From NCBI RefSeq assembly GCF_006345805.1, contig NC_042998.1:47988001-48052000 (forward strand): a stretch of 64,000 nucleotides of DNA. The letters are read 5' to 3'. Positions 26,994-40,146 of the stretch are shown here, one piece after another. Each line of letters starts with the position of its first letter. The first letter of the stretch is position 1. The position numbers were made by a program, and so were the translations under genes. Under the pieces are notes generated by a model that worked only from the letters and a program-made list of their open reading frames with translations, was not told where the DNA came from and ran no database searches. The DNA is from Octopus sinensis. Taxonomy: Eukaryota.

Positions 26994-27480
26994 AAAATAT
27001 ACAAAATAATCAAATACACAATAAGCAAAAGTAAAAGACAAAATTCACCAAAAAGTTCCCCCGCAAGCGCTACATTACCTTCCACAATTCTTACATCAAC
27101 AGTCAAAAAGTCTGGCTGCCCTAATTGCGGGACCTGCATCTACCTTATTAAAGACACAACATACGAATTCAAATCAAGACAGACTTTTACCGTAAAAAAT
27201 CACTTTACATGTTCTTCAAGGTATTTAATATACGCTATCAAATGTGAAGGACGTAATAAAGATTACATAGATCAAACAAAGCTTACTCTAAGAAATAGAC
27301 TAACCATTTACCGACAGCAAATACGAGAACCCAGTACTAGACAGATTCCACTATGCAAAAAATAAGTTTTCCAGATTCCAGGTCTTCCCACTCTAACTAT
27401 GTTCAGCGAATACCACAGATGAAACACGGATAAACAAATAAAATACTTTCAATCAAAAATACAAACCAAGACTTAACAAA
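26994..27480 (+). mobile_element. Penelope-like element 3' fragment, GIY-YIG endonuclease
   Basis: ATG-less open frame 26994-27365 reads ..SKRQ..ATLP..GCPNCGTC..FTCSSRYLIYAIKC..KDYIDQT..LRNRL..; a frameshifted QKYKPRLN follows. Confidence 0.85.
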
Positions 27481-28147
27481 CTTTAACAGATTACATACAC
27501 AAATAACTATTCACACACAAAATTCATTCTGCCACTTACCATGAGTAAGCTACACAGCTAACAACCTAAATTTTAGCTATTGGACTACATACAAACGACT
27601 CCTGTCCGCTCTTCCACCAGACGGCTTTCTCTTTATGCGCAAAATATACTGTCACGTGACACTAACGCACGGACGTAGCGGGAAACGTAAAAAGGTTATA
27701 AACTTAATCATGTGTCCATTCTCTACAAACACTTGATAGAAAACATTCAGAGCATTTATTGTTTAGACTTGTTCAGTCAACTCTGTCAGCTTTAACTTAC
27801 GACGTCATACAGTGTCACTTGATACTAACCCACGGACGTAGCGGGGAACCTACGAAAATTTCTAAGACCAGTCATGTGACTATCTTCTACCAATCAAAAC
27901 CTATTCAAAACATATGCTAATTTGAGCCACGAACACTATAAAAACATGGCAAACTTCAAACATTAGGCAGAAGCAAGACAGCTGTAACATAAGCCACGTC
28001 TTTTTATTTCAACTTTTTGAAAATCAGTGTAAACTGTGAAACCGGTTAAAGCTTAAAATATATTGATAAAAAATATTTTAAATATTCTCAGGGCATTTTC
28101 AGCTTCTATTTTCACTATATTTCTACCCGTATGGGATAAAATAACTT

Positions 28148-28204
<57 letters not shown>

Positions 28205-28211
<7 letters not shown>

Positions 28212-28392
28212 TCGTTAGCACACCGAGCAAATTGCTTTGCGGCATTATTTCGCCCGTCTTTACGTTCTGAGTTCAAACGCTGTGGAGGTCGACTTTGCCT
28301 TCAATCTCTCCGAGGTTGATAAAATAAGCACCAGTTGAATACTGGGGTCGATGAATACCGAACTTGCTGACCTTGTGCCAAAAATTGAAATC
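28205..28392 (+). mobile_element. SINE family A, tail type 2
   Basis: CTGAGTTCAAA..GAGGTCGACTTTGCC core, ending GACCTTGTGCCAAAAATTGAAA. Confidence 0.75.
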
Positions 28393-29705
28393 TATATGTG
28401 TGTATGTATATATATGCATTGTATGTATATGCATGTGTATGTATGCTCCTGAGTTTGTCTCTACTTGTACATGTCCGTGCGCATTTGTCGTTTCTTGAGG
28501 GAGATAGGTTATGCAAACTAGGGTGTATAAAAAAGAAATAAGACCTTTGTCAATAACTTGTGAATAATATTTAAAATAGTAGGTAAACAGATGTATTCGA
28601 GTAGACTAACTGCTACTTGCATTACCCTAAAACTGTCCTTAACACTAAATATATCAATGGGTCGACACCAAACACTCCTATCAACATACAATGTGTTCGC
28701 GACAAATCAATCTAACAGAGACCATTTTGTTGCACATTATAGATCTACAGACACAAATTGTCCACATAAGGGTATAAAAGAAAGATATTTCAATCAAGAA
28801 TCAAATTTGTATTTTAGAGAAGGCAATGTAAGAATCTTATCACCAAACCCCGGTACTCGTACATATTGTATATGTTGTATACAAATGATGTTTGTATGAT
28901 TATGGATTTTAATCTTAACAAATATTGCTTGTATTAAGTCTTTCTACATATTACTTTTAACCTCTGAACATACAATTGTCTTTTTTTCAATTTCCATGCA
29001 AAAAAATATCAGTTTTTTAAATGATTTATTTTGTATTTGTTTATAAAGAAGAATAAGTACACAAATTATTTTGGATCAGTTATGATTTATTATGAGGTTA
29101 CTGATAGGAATGATAATTACTGATAGTTAGAGATACAAAACGGGAATAACATCATGAACGAAATATTTCGGGTTAGAAATAAGTGACAGGTACTTCAGAG
29201 TACAGTGAACGTATATTTTCCTTCAAATATTTATATATATATATATATATTTACTAGACATTATCTGAACGAAAATATACGAGATAGTATGTTATGAGGT
29301 TAAGCAATTAAACAACTGCCAAAAATAAAAATTTGTTTCTATGTAAAAATGAATGTTTTGGTTTGAAAAGAAAACGAACCGTTTTGCGTGTTTTCTTCAT
29401 TTTTATTGCATTTCATAGGTTCGCGCATCTAATTAATATTTTACATTTCGTCGTTTCTCATTTATTCGGAATAATGCAAGAATTTTCTGGGTACGTCATT
29501 TAAAGTGCCAAACTTAGAGTTTTCTAGGATTTGCAACCCATTATTTGCCATTCCTATACGTCACCCACCCACTTCCGATCTACACTTAATTTGAGTGAGG
29601 TTAGAGAGAGGGTGTGTTTGGTTTGACTTTTATTATAACAGAGCTCGTACAACTAAGATGGGAATCTAGCCAACATCTAACAACTTCCTCAGTTGAATAT
29701 TTAAT

Positions 29706-30095
29706 GGTATGGCAGAATAGTTAGCAATCTGAACAAAAGGCTTAACGACATTTCGTCCGTCTTCACGTCCTGAGTTCAAATTCCGCCGAGGTCGACTTTG
29801 CCTTTCATCCTTTCGGGGTCAATTAAATAAGTACCAGTTACGCACTAGGGTCGATATAATCGACTTAATCCGTTTGTCTGTCCTTGTTTGTCTTCTCTGT
29901 GTTTAGCCCCTTGTGGGTAGTAAAGAAATAGGTATTTCGTTCGTCTTCACATCCTGAGTTCAAATCCCGTCGAGGTTGACTTTGCCTTTCATCCTTTCGA
30001 AGTCGATAAAATAAGTTCTAGTTGAGCTCTGGGTTCGATGTAATCAGCATACCCCTCGCCGAAATTGCTGGACTTGTGCCAAAATTCGAAGCTAA
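29706..30095 (+). mobile_element. SINE family A head-to-tail partial dimer (tail 1 then tail 2)
   Basis: Copy ending AAAGAAATA at 29930 is followed immediately by GGTATTTCGT, a second core and the alternative tail. Confidence 0.8.
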
Positions 30096-31025
30096 TATGT
30101 AATGGTATACTATTAAGTTTTCTCCTTGTTTTGGGTTCTCCTTATTTTGTGTTTAGTCTTTTGCTCGTTTAGCAGCGAACGGATAAAATTGTTAGCATGT
30201 CGGTCAAAATGCGTAATGACATTTATTCCGGCTCTCTACGTTCTAAGTTCAAATCACGCCAAGTTCGACTTAGCTTTTCATCCCTCCGGAGTTGATAAAA
30301 TAAAGTACCAGTCAAATACTGAGATCGAAGTAATTGACAAACCCACTCCCGCTAAAACTGCTGGCCTTCTGCCAAAATTGAGGCATTTAGGATCAATAAT
30401 AAGAATAACAAAGGTCTTGCTTGAGAAGGTTAGATGAGAATGAGGTTGGAGTAACTATTTATTTGCTCACATGGATAATCCTCAAATGTTTGTCATGAAT
30501 ATAGTTTTCTTTTGGAATCTACAAAACGAGTGAATCCTCAGAATAAGTGAATGAGTTATCCCTTTTTGTCACTTGGCACTTCACAAACTCCTATGCCAGA
30601 GCTTTCCAAATTTTTCGCATAGACAGCACATTTTTTTTTAAACGGTTAAATTTTTCGTGACACATTGATTTTTGTTTGCAATTAAATATCATATAACGCG
30701 TTGTCGGTCACATGTCTAACTGTATGCAAAGTTGACAAATATCAGGAGTAAACAAATATCGTAATAAACTTAACACTTTCAAATCTTTCTAAATGTGCTT
30801 TGGACACCAAGCTTCTTCTTCGGACCAACCTTTAAAAAGATTTAAAAAAGCAACTATTTTGAAGCTGCGAGATGTGAGTGAATGAAAGGTTGTGATTGTT
30901 TAGCCTTAGTTCAAATTTGACTGAGCAAATCTATATGATCAAAAGGAACCCAGCCATGACCAGAACAGTTTTATTTTTCTTGTAGACTAACTTTAAAACT
31001 TTATCCTACAGAGATTTAGTTAATA

Positions 31026-31414
31026 CTAGCAGTATCGCCCGGCGTTGCTCGGGTTTGTTTCGACTCTTTAGAATTGGAATTTTTGAAAAGTAAAAATTTT
31101 GCATTATGTAGCTTGTTTTTCTCTTTAATTGAACATTTTTCTGGTTGAAATACACCGAAAAATGGCGACACAGCAGTCAAAAAATCCTAAAAAATAGGGA
31201 TTTTCATAGAAAAAAAGCACCTTTTTGATGTAAATAATTTTTGGTCTTAACATGGTCCGATTTGAATTTTATCTTCTACGGAATGAAGAGCAGCTTTCTT
31301 CTATCATGCTCTCAATTCTGGTCAACTTGCGCCACAGGGTCTCGGAGGAGACAGTGTTAGTTGAAGGCTACCAAACCTGCCACACACAAACAACTTCAGC
31401 TTTATATATATAGA
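31026..31414 (-). mobile_element. Non-autonomous Helitron, full length
   Basis: Reverse complement of the 7029-7417 family; A|TC...CTAG|T. Confidence 0.88.
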
Positions 31415-31477
31415 TGATAGATGATTGACAGCAAGTCGAATAAGAGCGTGGAGGCTCCTATGTTGGCTCGCTGCCTA

Positions 31478-31704
31478 CCGGAGCTGGCAGAAACGTTAGC
31501 ACGCCGGGCGAAATGCTTAGCGGTATTTCGTCTGCGTTACGTTGTGAGTTCAAATTCCGCCGAGGTCGACTTTGCCTTTCATCCTTTCGGGGTCGATAAA
31601 TTAAGTACCAGTTACGCACTGGGGTCGATGTGATCGACTTAATACCTATGTCTGTCCTTGTTTGTCCCCTCTGTGTTTAGCCCCTTGTGGGTAATAAAGA
31701 AATA
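31478..31704 (+). mobile_element. SINE family A, tail type 1
   Basis: Near-identical to 57405-57638. Confidence 0.85.
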
Positions 31705-32800
31705 GGATGTTGTTGGATACGGCAGTAACACTTCGTCAACGATGAATATAAAGTCGCTGTAATGTAAAAATCGTAACCAATGCTTTTTTGTTTCATATAA
31801 AGAAATATTCGAGAGCTTTACAGATAATATATAAAGCTTATTCAAAAATATCAGATGTTAAATGTAATGTGGCAATGACGATCTTTTGTCTCATAGAAAG
31901 TATTATAGAAACCTCGTTTTGGAGCAGAATGTTGCTGTTGATTTTTGTAAAAATTTGCTGCGTATTTCTGTAAGTTTCTTATCAGACCCATTTCAATTCA
32001 GAAATATCAGGTTAATTATACTCGGAATCCCGAGTTATATCCGGAATTTGAAACCTCTCTTTGAACTACGCCGCGAAGAGTATTTAGTTTCCTAATTCAA
32101 AACACAATGTAACCAGAAACGGGGGTTCTAGAGTGCAATAACCAGATAAAAGGGTTGGTTATGTCTTAGTTTATCTTTCGTTTTTGTTAGAAAAAATCGC
32201 AACTTATCTCAGAACATTTTTGCGTTTGGAACCATTAAACCAATTGTGTTTTCACTAGCATCACACATTATATTGTGTTTTCTCTCGAACAGTAAAGAAA
32301 AAAATACGAAAAGAGTCGGTACAGTTTTTAAGAAGTATTTAACAATAAAATACAAACAGTTCGTTTGTTCGTTTGCTTAGACAGTAATCAAATAGTTTAT
32401 TGGTGTATGACAAATCGCTTCATTTGCTTGTATATTATTAACCGATATTACTCGACAGTAATCAGATAACTTAAGTGATGTCTAACGATCATCGCAATAT
32501 CTTTTATAACATTAACCGACGTTATTACACCATACCTCTACAGAAAGATGGAGAAATATGTGCGCTTTGTGGTAATTCATAACAGCAAAAAAATAATTGC
32601 ATTGAATTACTTTGTGTGTGTGAGTTGAGCTAACATGCCTGCAGCTTCGTATAACAGTCCTTTCTTACGTCTAATCTGTGGATCTGTCCCTAGATCATTG
32701 GTTGGATTAAAATCTCACAAGAGACAGAGATATAAGAGCTAAAACAGAGCAAAAGAACCTGTTTCACCATAATACGTCGAAATCGATGGGAGAGTTGATA

Positions 32801-33197
32801 TCTCTTTTCTCTTTCTCTTTTACTTGTTTCAGTCATTTGACTGCGGCCATGCTGGAGCACCGCCTTTAGTCGAGCAAATCGACCCCGGGACTTATTCTTT
32901 GTAAGCCCAGTACTTATTCTTAAGGTCTCTTTTGCCGAACCGCTAAGTGACGGGGACATAAACACACCAGCATCGGTTGTCAAGCAATGCTAGGGGGACA
33001 CACAAACACACACACACACACACATATATACATACATATATACGACAGGCTTCTTTCAGTTTCCGTCTACCAAATCCACTCACAAGGCATTGGTCGGCCC
33101 GGGGCTATAGCAGAAGACACTTGCCCAAGATGCCACGCAGTGGGACTGAACCCGGAACCATGTGGTTGGTTAGCAAGCTACTTACCACACAGCCACT
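32801..33197 (-). mobile_element. SINE family C, full length
   Basis: Reverse complement of the 20302-20697 family. Confidence 0.88.
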
Positions 33198-33233
<36 letters not shown>

Positions 33234-33579
33234 TGGTAATTAAATTTCTCTCTGCTTCGAGACAAGTAAACAAATGCCTAGTGTCAATATTCTGAGTGAC
33301 TATGAAAGAGAAAGAAAAATAATTTCAGGAAACGCAGGCGGGGTTGTGTTGTAAAAAGCTTGTTTCCTGACCACATGGTTCCGGGTTCAGACCCATTGGC
33401 ACCTTGGGCAAGTGTCTTTCTTCTGCTATAGCCACGGCCAACCAAAGCCTTGTGAATGATTTTGGTAGACGGAAACTGAAAACAGTCCGTTGTGTGTGTG
33501 TGTGTGTGTGTGCGCGTGTGTGTTGTGTGTGCGTGTGTGTGTGCTTGTGTGTGTGCACGCGCCTGTTTGTGCGTGTATT

Positions 33580-34785
33580 TTTATTTACAAATGCTTCATG
33601 AGTTCAATAAAAGCAACAGCGCAACGGAAAGTGCAAAGAATATTAATGCAATATATGGCGATCGGACAATAAGCAAGATTCCAGAAATTCCGAGCCTGAA
33701 ACTACAGCCTAGAAGACGAGTCATGTCCTGGAAGATCTGTAAAGCTTGACGAGGACTTCCTGGCAGAATAAAAACCTATCGTAACTGTTGAGGAAGTAGC
33801 AAAGAAGCTTGGATTTGGTCATTCAAACATTCATCGACACTTGCTTGCCATCGAAAAGTCAGAAAATTGGATTAATAGTTTCCTCACAAGCTTTCCGAGT
33901 GAGTTCAAATTCCGCCGAGGTCGACTTTGCCTTTCATCCTTTCGGGGTCGATAAAGTACCAGTTATGCACTGGGGTCGATGTATTCGACTCAATCCTTTT
34001 GTTTGTTCTTGTTTGTCCCCTCTATGTTTAGCCCCTTGTGGGCAATAAAGAAATAATCGCGTGCATAGAATTAATGTGTGCTCTTCTTTGCTGTCACTTC
34101 TCACTAACGAACTTTTTTTTAGACCGAATAGTGACTGGTGACGAGAAATGAGTTCTCTATAAAAATATCAAGCTCCGAAGACAGTGAGTAGGAAAAGGAG
34201 AAACACCGGCACCCCAGGCTAAAGAAGGTCTTCAACCACGTAAGATGTTGTTATCTGTTTGGTGGGATATAAAAGATTTAGTCCACTTTGAACTTTTAAA
34301 CCCAAACCAAACCTTCACAAAGGAGATCTACTACAGCTTGAGTGGCTTAAGTCAGCGCTAGAAGAAAAATGACCGTCTTTAGTTTCGAGATGAAAGGTGT
34401 TCTTCCATCACGATAATGCTTGGCCACATACAGCGAGAATGACATTCCAAAGGCTGGAATAGTTTGAATGGTAAACGATACCCCATCCACCATATTCGCT
34501 GGACATTGCACCATCTGATTATCATTTATTCCGCTGTCTGCAAAATTATTTGGACGGAAAAAATATGAATTCTGTAGACGAGGTCAGAACAGTACTGAGG
34601 AGTATTTTTCGTCATGGACAAGTGAATTTTGGAAGAGGGGCCTCGCAAATCTACCAGATAGATGGAGGAACATTGTAAAAAACGAAAGAGAGTATATTTT
34701 AGATTAAAAAAGAACTTTATTTTATCTTAATTTTGAAAAAATAAAAGAAGTATGAAAAAACCGCATTATTTATGGGATGACCCAG
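33580..34785 (+). mobile_element. Decayed mariner (DD34D) transposon interrupted by a SINE
   Basis: HEFNKSNSATESAKNINAIYG (HTH), IVTGDEK* at 34128, HHDNAWPHTA at 34406, PHPPYSLDIAPSDYHLFR near 34481; right TIR GCATTATTTATGGGATGACCCAG. A 5'-truncated family A SINE occupies 33899-34054. Confidence 0.9.
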
Positions 34786-35572
34786 CATATGTATTTGTGT
34801 GTGCTTTACGTGAGTGTATATGTGTGTGAGTGAAAATGAGAGTGGGGAGAGAGAAAGAAAGACACAGAGAGAGGTTGAATGAAACGATGCAATGCTAAAT
34901 AGTAACTATTTAGTGTGCTGATGATGTATCAACAGAAGAAGAAGAAGAAGAAGAAGAAGAAGAAGAAGAAGAAGAAGAAGAAAAGAAGAAGAAGAAGACA
35001 AAGAAGAAGAAGAAGAAAAAGGAGAAGGGGGAGGAGGAGAAGGAGGAGAAGAAGACAAAGAAGAAGAAGAAGAAGACAAAGAAGAAGAAGAAGAAGAAGA
35101 AGAAGAAGAAGAACAACAACAACAACAACAACAACAACAAGTTAACAGCTATGTGCATATTTAATTTGTAATAGTAGCCCAATCTTCAAACAACGTCTGA
35201 CAGACAGTCTTGAATAAAATATAGGGCGTATTAGACAAAGGTAATACTACCTAACCCTGAAATGATAGGATACTCATGATTAGAAGAACGTCTTTAATCA
35301 TGGGTCTGCTTAATTAGGGCTGACCTTGGGGGATAAATGGAAACGCGTTTAAGTATGGTTGGGAGTTTATATCGTCGCTGCTTTTATGAACACGAATGGT
35401 GATCCACAGGACCTGCATTTCATTCCAGTCTCTGAAACGTGGATCAGATGAGAGTTGCAAAATCATATTGTAGCTTGATCACTCGGTTACTGTGAAGAAG
35501 TTTATCCCCGAAGACTTGGCACATATTCTTCAGTTTAAAAATCTTAAGCTGGACTCGACTGTTTGTTAGAAT

Positions 35573-35836
35573 GAGGAACATTGTAAAAAAACGAAAGAGA
35601 GTATATTTTAGATTAAAAAAAGAACTTTATTTATCTTAATTTTGAAAAAATAAAAGAAGTATGAAAAAACCGCATTATTTATGGGATGACTCAGCATATG
35701 TATTTGTGTGTGTTTTACGTGAGTGTATATGTGTGTGAGTGAGAATGAAAGTGGGGAGAGAGAAAGAAAGACACAGAGAGAGGTTGAATGAAACGATGCA
35801 ATGCTAAATAGTAACTATTTAGTGTGCTGATGATGT
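35573..35836 (+). repeat. Local duplicate of 34665-34927 (mariner 3' end, TIR and flank)
   Basis: About 265 bp with only a handful of differences. Confidence 0.9.
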
Positions 35837-36555
35837 TCCTCCATCGCCCTCAAATCAAACCCTGCTACCTCGAGATTAATGGTGACGTTGAACAAGAGTT
35901 TTAGTTACTCAAATAAAAGCGAGATGGTCGCAGTTGGAAATCAGTTAGTCATAATTCTGTTCATTCGGGTTTTGGAAAGAGGCGAAATAACAACAGTTAA
36001 AGATGAAGGAGGTATACTGAGATATACCGACTTAGCTAAATATATCAAGTCAACAAAACAACCCCTATGTCATTGATTCTGAACCAAGAATAATTTTTTT
36101 CCTTGTGAGTAAAGATTTACATGATGGAGTGGGGGTAAATTTGTTATACAGGCCAACAAAAACATTCTGCTTGCTAAAAGGTTAGATCTATTCTTGTGTA
36201 TATTTAAACGTTGAATCCAAATAAGCCACCACTTTTGCTCAATCAGTTCAAGTTTTGAAAATCCAGCGTACCTACTTTATATACCAGTGTATCAGCCCTT
36301 GTACTAATATAAAGAATCCCAATTGTACCTTAGATTTTGTCATAATATTTACACCCATTTTTGGACATACTTTGGACACTGATTCCAAATATACAATCAA
36401 TTTTGCCGTATCAGATCCAATTACTGAATGATCTATTTTGATACAAAAATATCAAATGTGTTAATGCTAGAAATGTATTAATGCTATTAAAACTACTGCA
36501 TATTGCAAAATCAGTTTATTTCACTATAAAAGGTTACAATAAACTGCATTATAAT

Positions 36556-36813
36556 AATAAATAAATGCGCCCTTTTAAACCCTAGCCAGGCTCATGGGCC
36601 CGGTTTTCCGGTTTCTATGGCGTATGTGTTCCCCAGCTGGACGAGATGCCAGTCCATCGCAGCGTTACTCATTTTTGCCAGCTGAGTGGACTGGAGCAAC
36701 GTGAAATGAAGTGTTTTGCTCAAAAACATAACGCGTCGCTCGGTCCAGGAATCAAAACCACAATCTTACGATCATGGTGCTGACACCCTAACCACTAAGC
36801 CATGCGCCTCCAC
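36556..36813 (-). mobile_element. SINE family B, full length
   Basis: 15-bp TSD AAACTGCATTATAAT at 36541-36555 and 36814-36828. Confidence 0.9.
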
Positions 36814-37033
36814 AAACTGCATTATAATCTCTAGTTATTGTAACTGAAAGTAAACATGAAGCATAAACTGGTCAGTTATTCAACACGTAAAAAGCTTATT
36901 TTACGGAATGAGTTTTTATCTTTCTAGTGTGGGCTTTCCCGAACTATCAAAGATTGTCCTCATGCTTGTATCTCGCCTTCCTTGGCACCTTTCTGTCATT
37001 GTTTTTATATCCTCATGAAATCATTCTCTTTAC

Positions 37034-37107
37034 CTTTGACTTTGATATTACTTGTATCATCAAGCTTTTGTGGATACTGGACATTGATACGCATGTTACA
37101 AACCAGT
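37034..37107 (-). CDS. Possible isolated 74-nt exon, unassigned
   Basis: Minus-strand acceptor TTTCTAATTTTATTTAG and donor AAG|GTAAAG; two frames are open (LVCNMRINVQYPQKLDDTSNIKVK or WFVTCVSMSSIHKSLMIQVISKSK). Confidence 0.2.
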
Positions 37108-37485
37108 CTAAATAAAATTAGAAACATCTCAACTTTTAAGATGTGGTACGCTTTATAGTTACCGAGAATGTATTTTACGACTAGAACAAATAAAGCTCAT
37201 GTACACATGTACAGAGTCAGTATTATCCATTGAATGTATAAAATGTACAAATTTTTATAAATTCTCTCACCTGGGAACAATCAAGAATCCTTAACCCAAT
37301 TAACCCATAATTTTGTAGTTTTTATATTCATCGCCCCTTTTGGACACTCCATTATCACCCCGCTTTTTTTCAACGCCCCTAGGTCTTTTCATCACTCCCG
37401 GTGTGGGTGGGGGAAGTACAACCGCCCGCTTTGGGAGTCACTGCATCAAACCACCGATTTTGAGGTGAGGAGGTTAGTCGATTAC

Positions 37486-38255
37486 ATTGACCACAGTACG
37501 TGGATGGTACTGTACTTTAATGCCCCCAGATAGTTGAAAGGCCAAAATGACCTCTGCGAGAACTGAACACAGAGCGATGAAATACATTGACTCCCAGCAC
37601 ATGGATGGTACTTTACTTTATATCCCCCAGTGGTTGAAAGGCCAAAATGACCTCTGCGAGAACTGAACACAGAGCGATGAAATACATCGATCCCAGCACA
37701 TGGATGGCACTTTTCCAGAGGGTTGAAAGGCTAAAATGACCCCCAACGAGAGATGAACGAATAACGTAAAGAGTCGGGTGAAGTAGATCAACTCCGATTC
37801 TAAGATGGCACTTTAGTCTGTCGTCCCCAGAGGTTGACTGGCAAAGTTGACCCCAACGAGAAATGAACATATGACGTAAAGAGTCGGATGACATACATCA
37901 ACCTCAGCACTAGTATGGTACTTATTTTATAGCTCACAAAGGCCTAAAAAACAAAGATGGTCTCAGCGAGAACTCAACACAGGATCTAGGATCTAGGATG
38001 GTACTTTAGTCTATTGCCCCCACGAGGTTGAAAAGCAAAGATGACCCCAACTGAATGCGTAATAACGTAAAGTGTCGGATGAAATACATCGACTTCAGTT
38101 CTACGATGGTACTTTATTTTACCGACACCCAAGGGGTGGTAAGGTATATGTGACCCTAGTAACGGCTGAGCTCAAAGCATAATGAGTTGGTTGGAATAAG
38201 GCGAGGCACTTATTTTCCCCGACCCACTCGACAATTCTACCAGTTCGCCGACCTT
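37486..38255 (-). repeat. Tandem array of about seven diverged ~100-bp units derived from the SINE family A core
   Basis: Units TACAT(C/T)GA..GATGG(T/C)ACTT..GGTTGAAAGG..TGACC match the reverse complement of the SINE A core; the array ends in a SINE head (TCTACCAGTTCGCCGACCTT). Confidence 0.75.
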
Positions 38256-38703
38256 TGCGGTTTCTTAATTATGAAGGTCAAAAAAACACAAGAAAAACTG
38301 AAATACAGAGAGACAAGGAAGGGGAGAGAGAGGGGGGAGCGAGACAGCCAGACATAGAAGGAGTGAGAGAGAGAAAGAGAGACAGAGAAACAAAGAGAGA
38401 GAGCGTTGAGAATATTATGTAGAGAGACAGACAAATCTATATACGACAAAGGAGGGAGAAAGAAAAAAAGTGGGGAAACGTAGAAAGTCTGAAATGAAGC
38501 TGGAGAAGTGATGCAGGAAAAAGAAAGAAAAGAATATGGTAATGGTGAGAGAGGAGGGAGGAATATCCGACAATTTGAATGATGAAGTGGTGGTGGTGGT
38601 GGTGGTGATGTTGAAACAGTGTTAAGTGTTGTTAGTTTAATCGTGCGGAAGTTGTGGTTATAACGCTGGACGATGTGTGTATGTGTGTATATGTGTGTGT
38701 GTG

Positions 38704-38746
<43 letters not shown>

Positions 38747-38886
38747 CGCGAGTGCGTCTGTACGTGTATATATGTATGTATGTGTATGCGTATAGACGAC
38801 TCGTCAGACTCCAGTGGGCGCGGGCATATATATATATATATATATATATATACATTGCTATATGTATGTGAATATGTGTATATTTC

Positions 38887-38936
<50 letters not shown>

Positions 38937-39053
38937 CAGAAAGCGAGACAGACGAAGAGGGGAAACAGAAAGATGAGAAAGATTTGTATGTATACATACA
39001 TACTTACATACACGCGCGCACTCACACACACACACACAAATACACACACAAAT

Positions 39054-39104
<51 letters not shown>

Positions 39105-39825
39105 TATATATATATATATACAATCGGCAGAAGTTCCAAAGTGACTCAAAAGCTGAGAGCGCCGTGTTTCATAAACGCTATACACGAAGCCCAGGGCCCA
39201 AACACACACACACACACACACACACCACACACACACATGCACACACATACACACACACACACATGTACGCAAGCACATAGAAAAGTGGTTGTGGTTATGG
39301 TACGTTGATAAGACCCGTTTGGATTTCAACGTTTTGATGTCTGTGGTTAACCGCTACGACGGCATTTTGTGGAAGAAAGGAACACACAGAGCCATGAAAC
39401 ACTCCTTTTTGTTTTTCCTTTTTAATATTTAAGCTTTATCTTTATATATCTATATATAAACTCAGTCGCTTCCCAGTATTTGTTTGTTTTGGTGTTGTCA
39501 CAACGATTCTGTTATTTATTTTGGCGATATGTTGTGCATTGCAAAGTAATTCGGAAACTCCCGTTGAGCTAAACACCACGATGCGGTTTCGATTCCCAGT
39601 TTGAAGCTATTTCATATCGTTTATGAAGAGCAGGCATATTTGTGTAGGTAGGAAGTCTGGTTCTTATCCACTTAGTGTCCCGCACCTTGAGCAAAGTGTA
39701 TTCTGCAATAAGTCTCGAGTCGACCAAAGCTACGTGAGCGGCGAAATTTGGTGGACGGAAGTCAGTCTTGTAAGACTTTAAAAGCGGCCATGGTCACTCC
39801 CCTTCTTCTTTAAACAAATATATAT

Positions 39826-39879
<54 letters not shown>

Positions 39880-39969
39880 GTGTGTGTGTGTGTGTGTGTG
39901 TGGTGTGTGTGTGTGTGTGTGTGTGTATGTATATATATATGTATATATATGTGTATATATATAAATATA

Positions 39970-40008
<39 letters not shown>

Positions 40009-40083
40009 TATACATATATATATACATATATACATATATACATATATAGATAGATAGACAGACAGACAGACATACAAACAGAC

Positions 40084-40146
<63 letters not shown>

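Noticed and set aside
39270-39430. Frame KWLWLWYVDKTRLDFNVLMSVVNRYDGILWKKG
   Set aside because: Protein-like, but the acceptor is poor, there is no donor, and no family was recognised.
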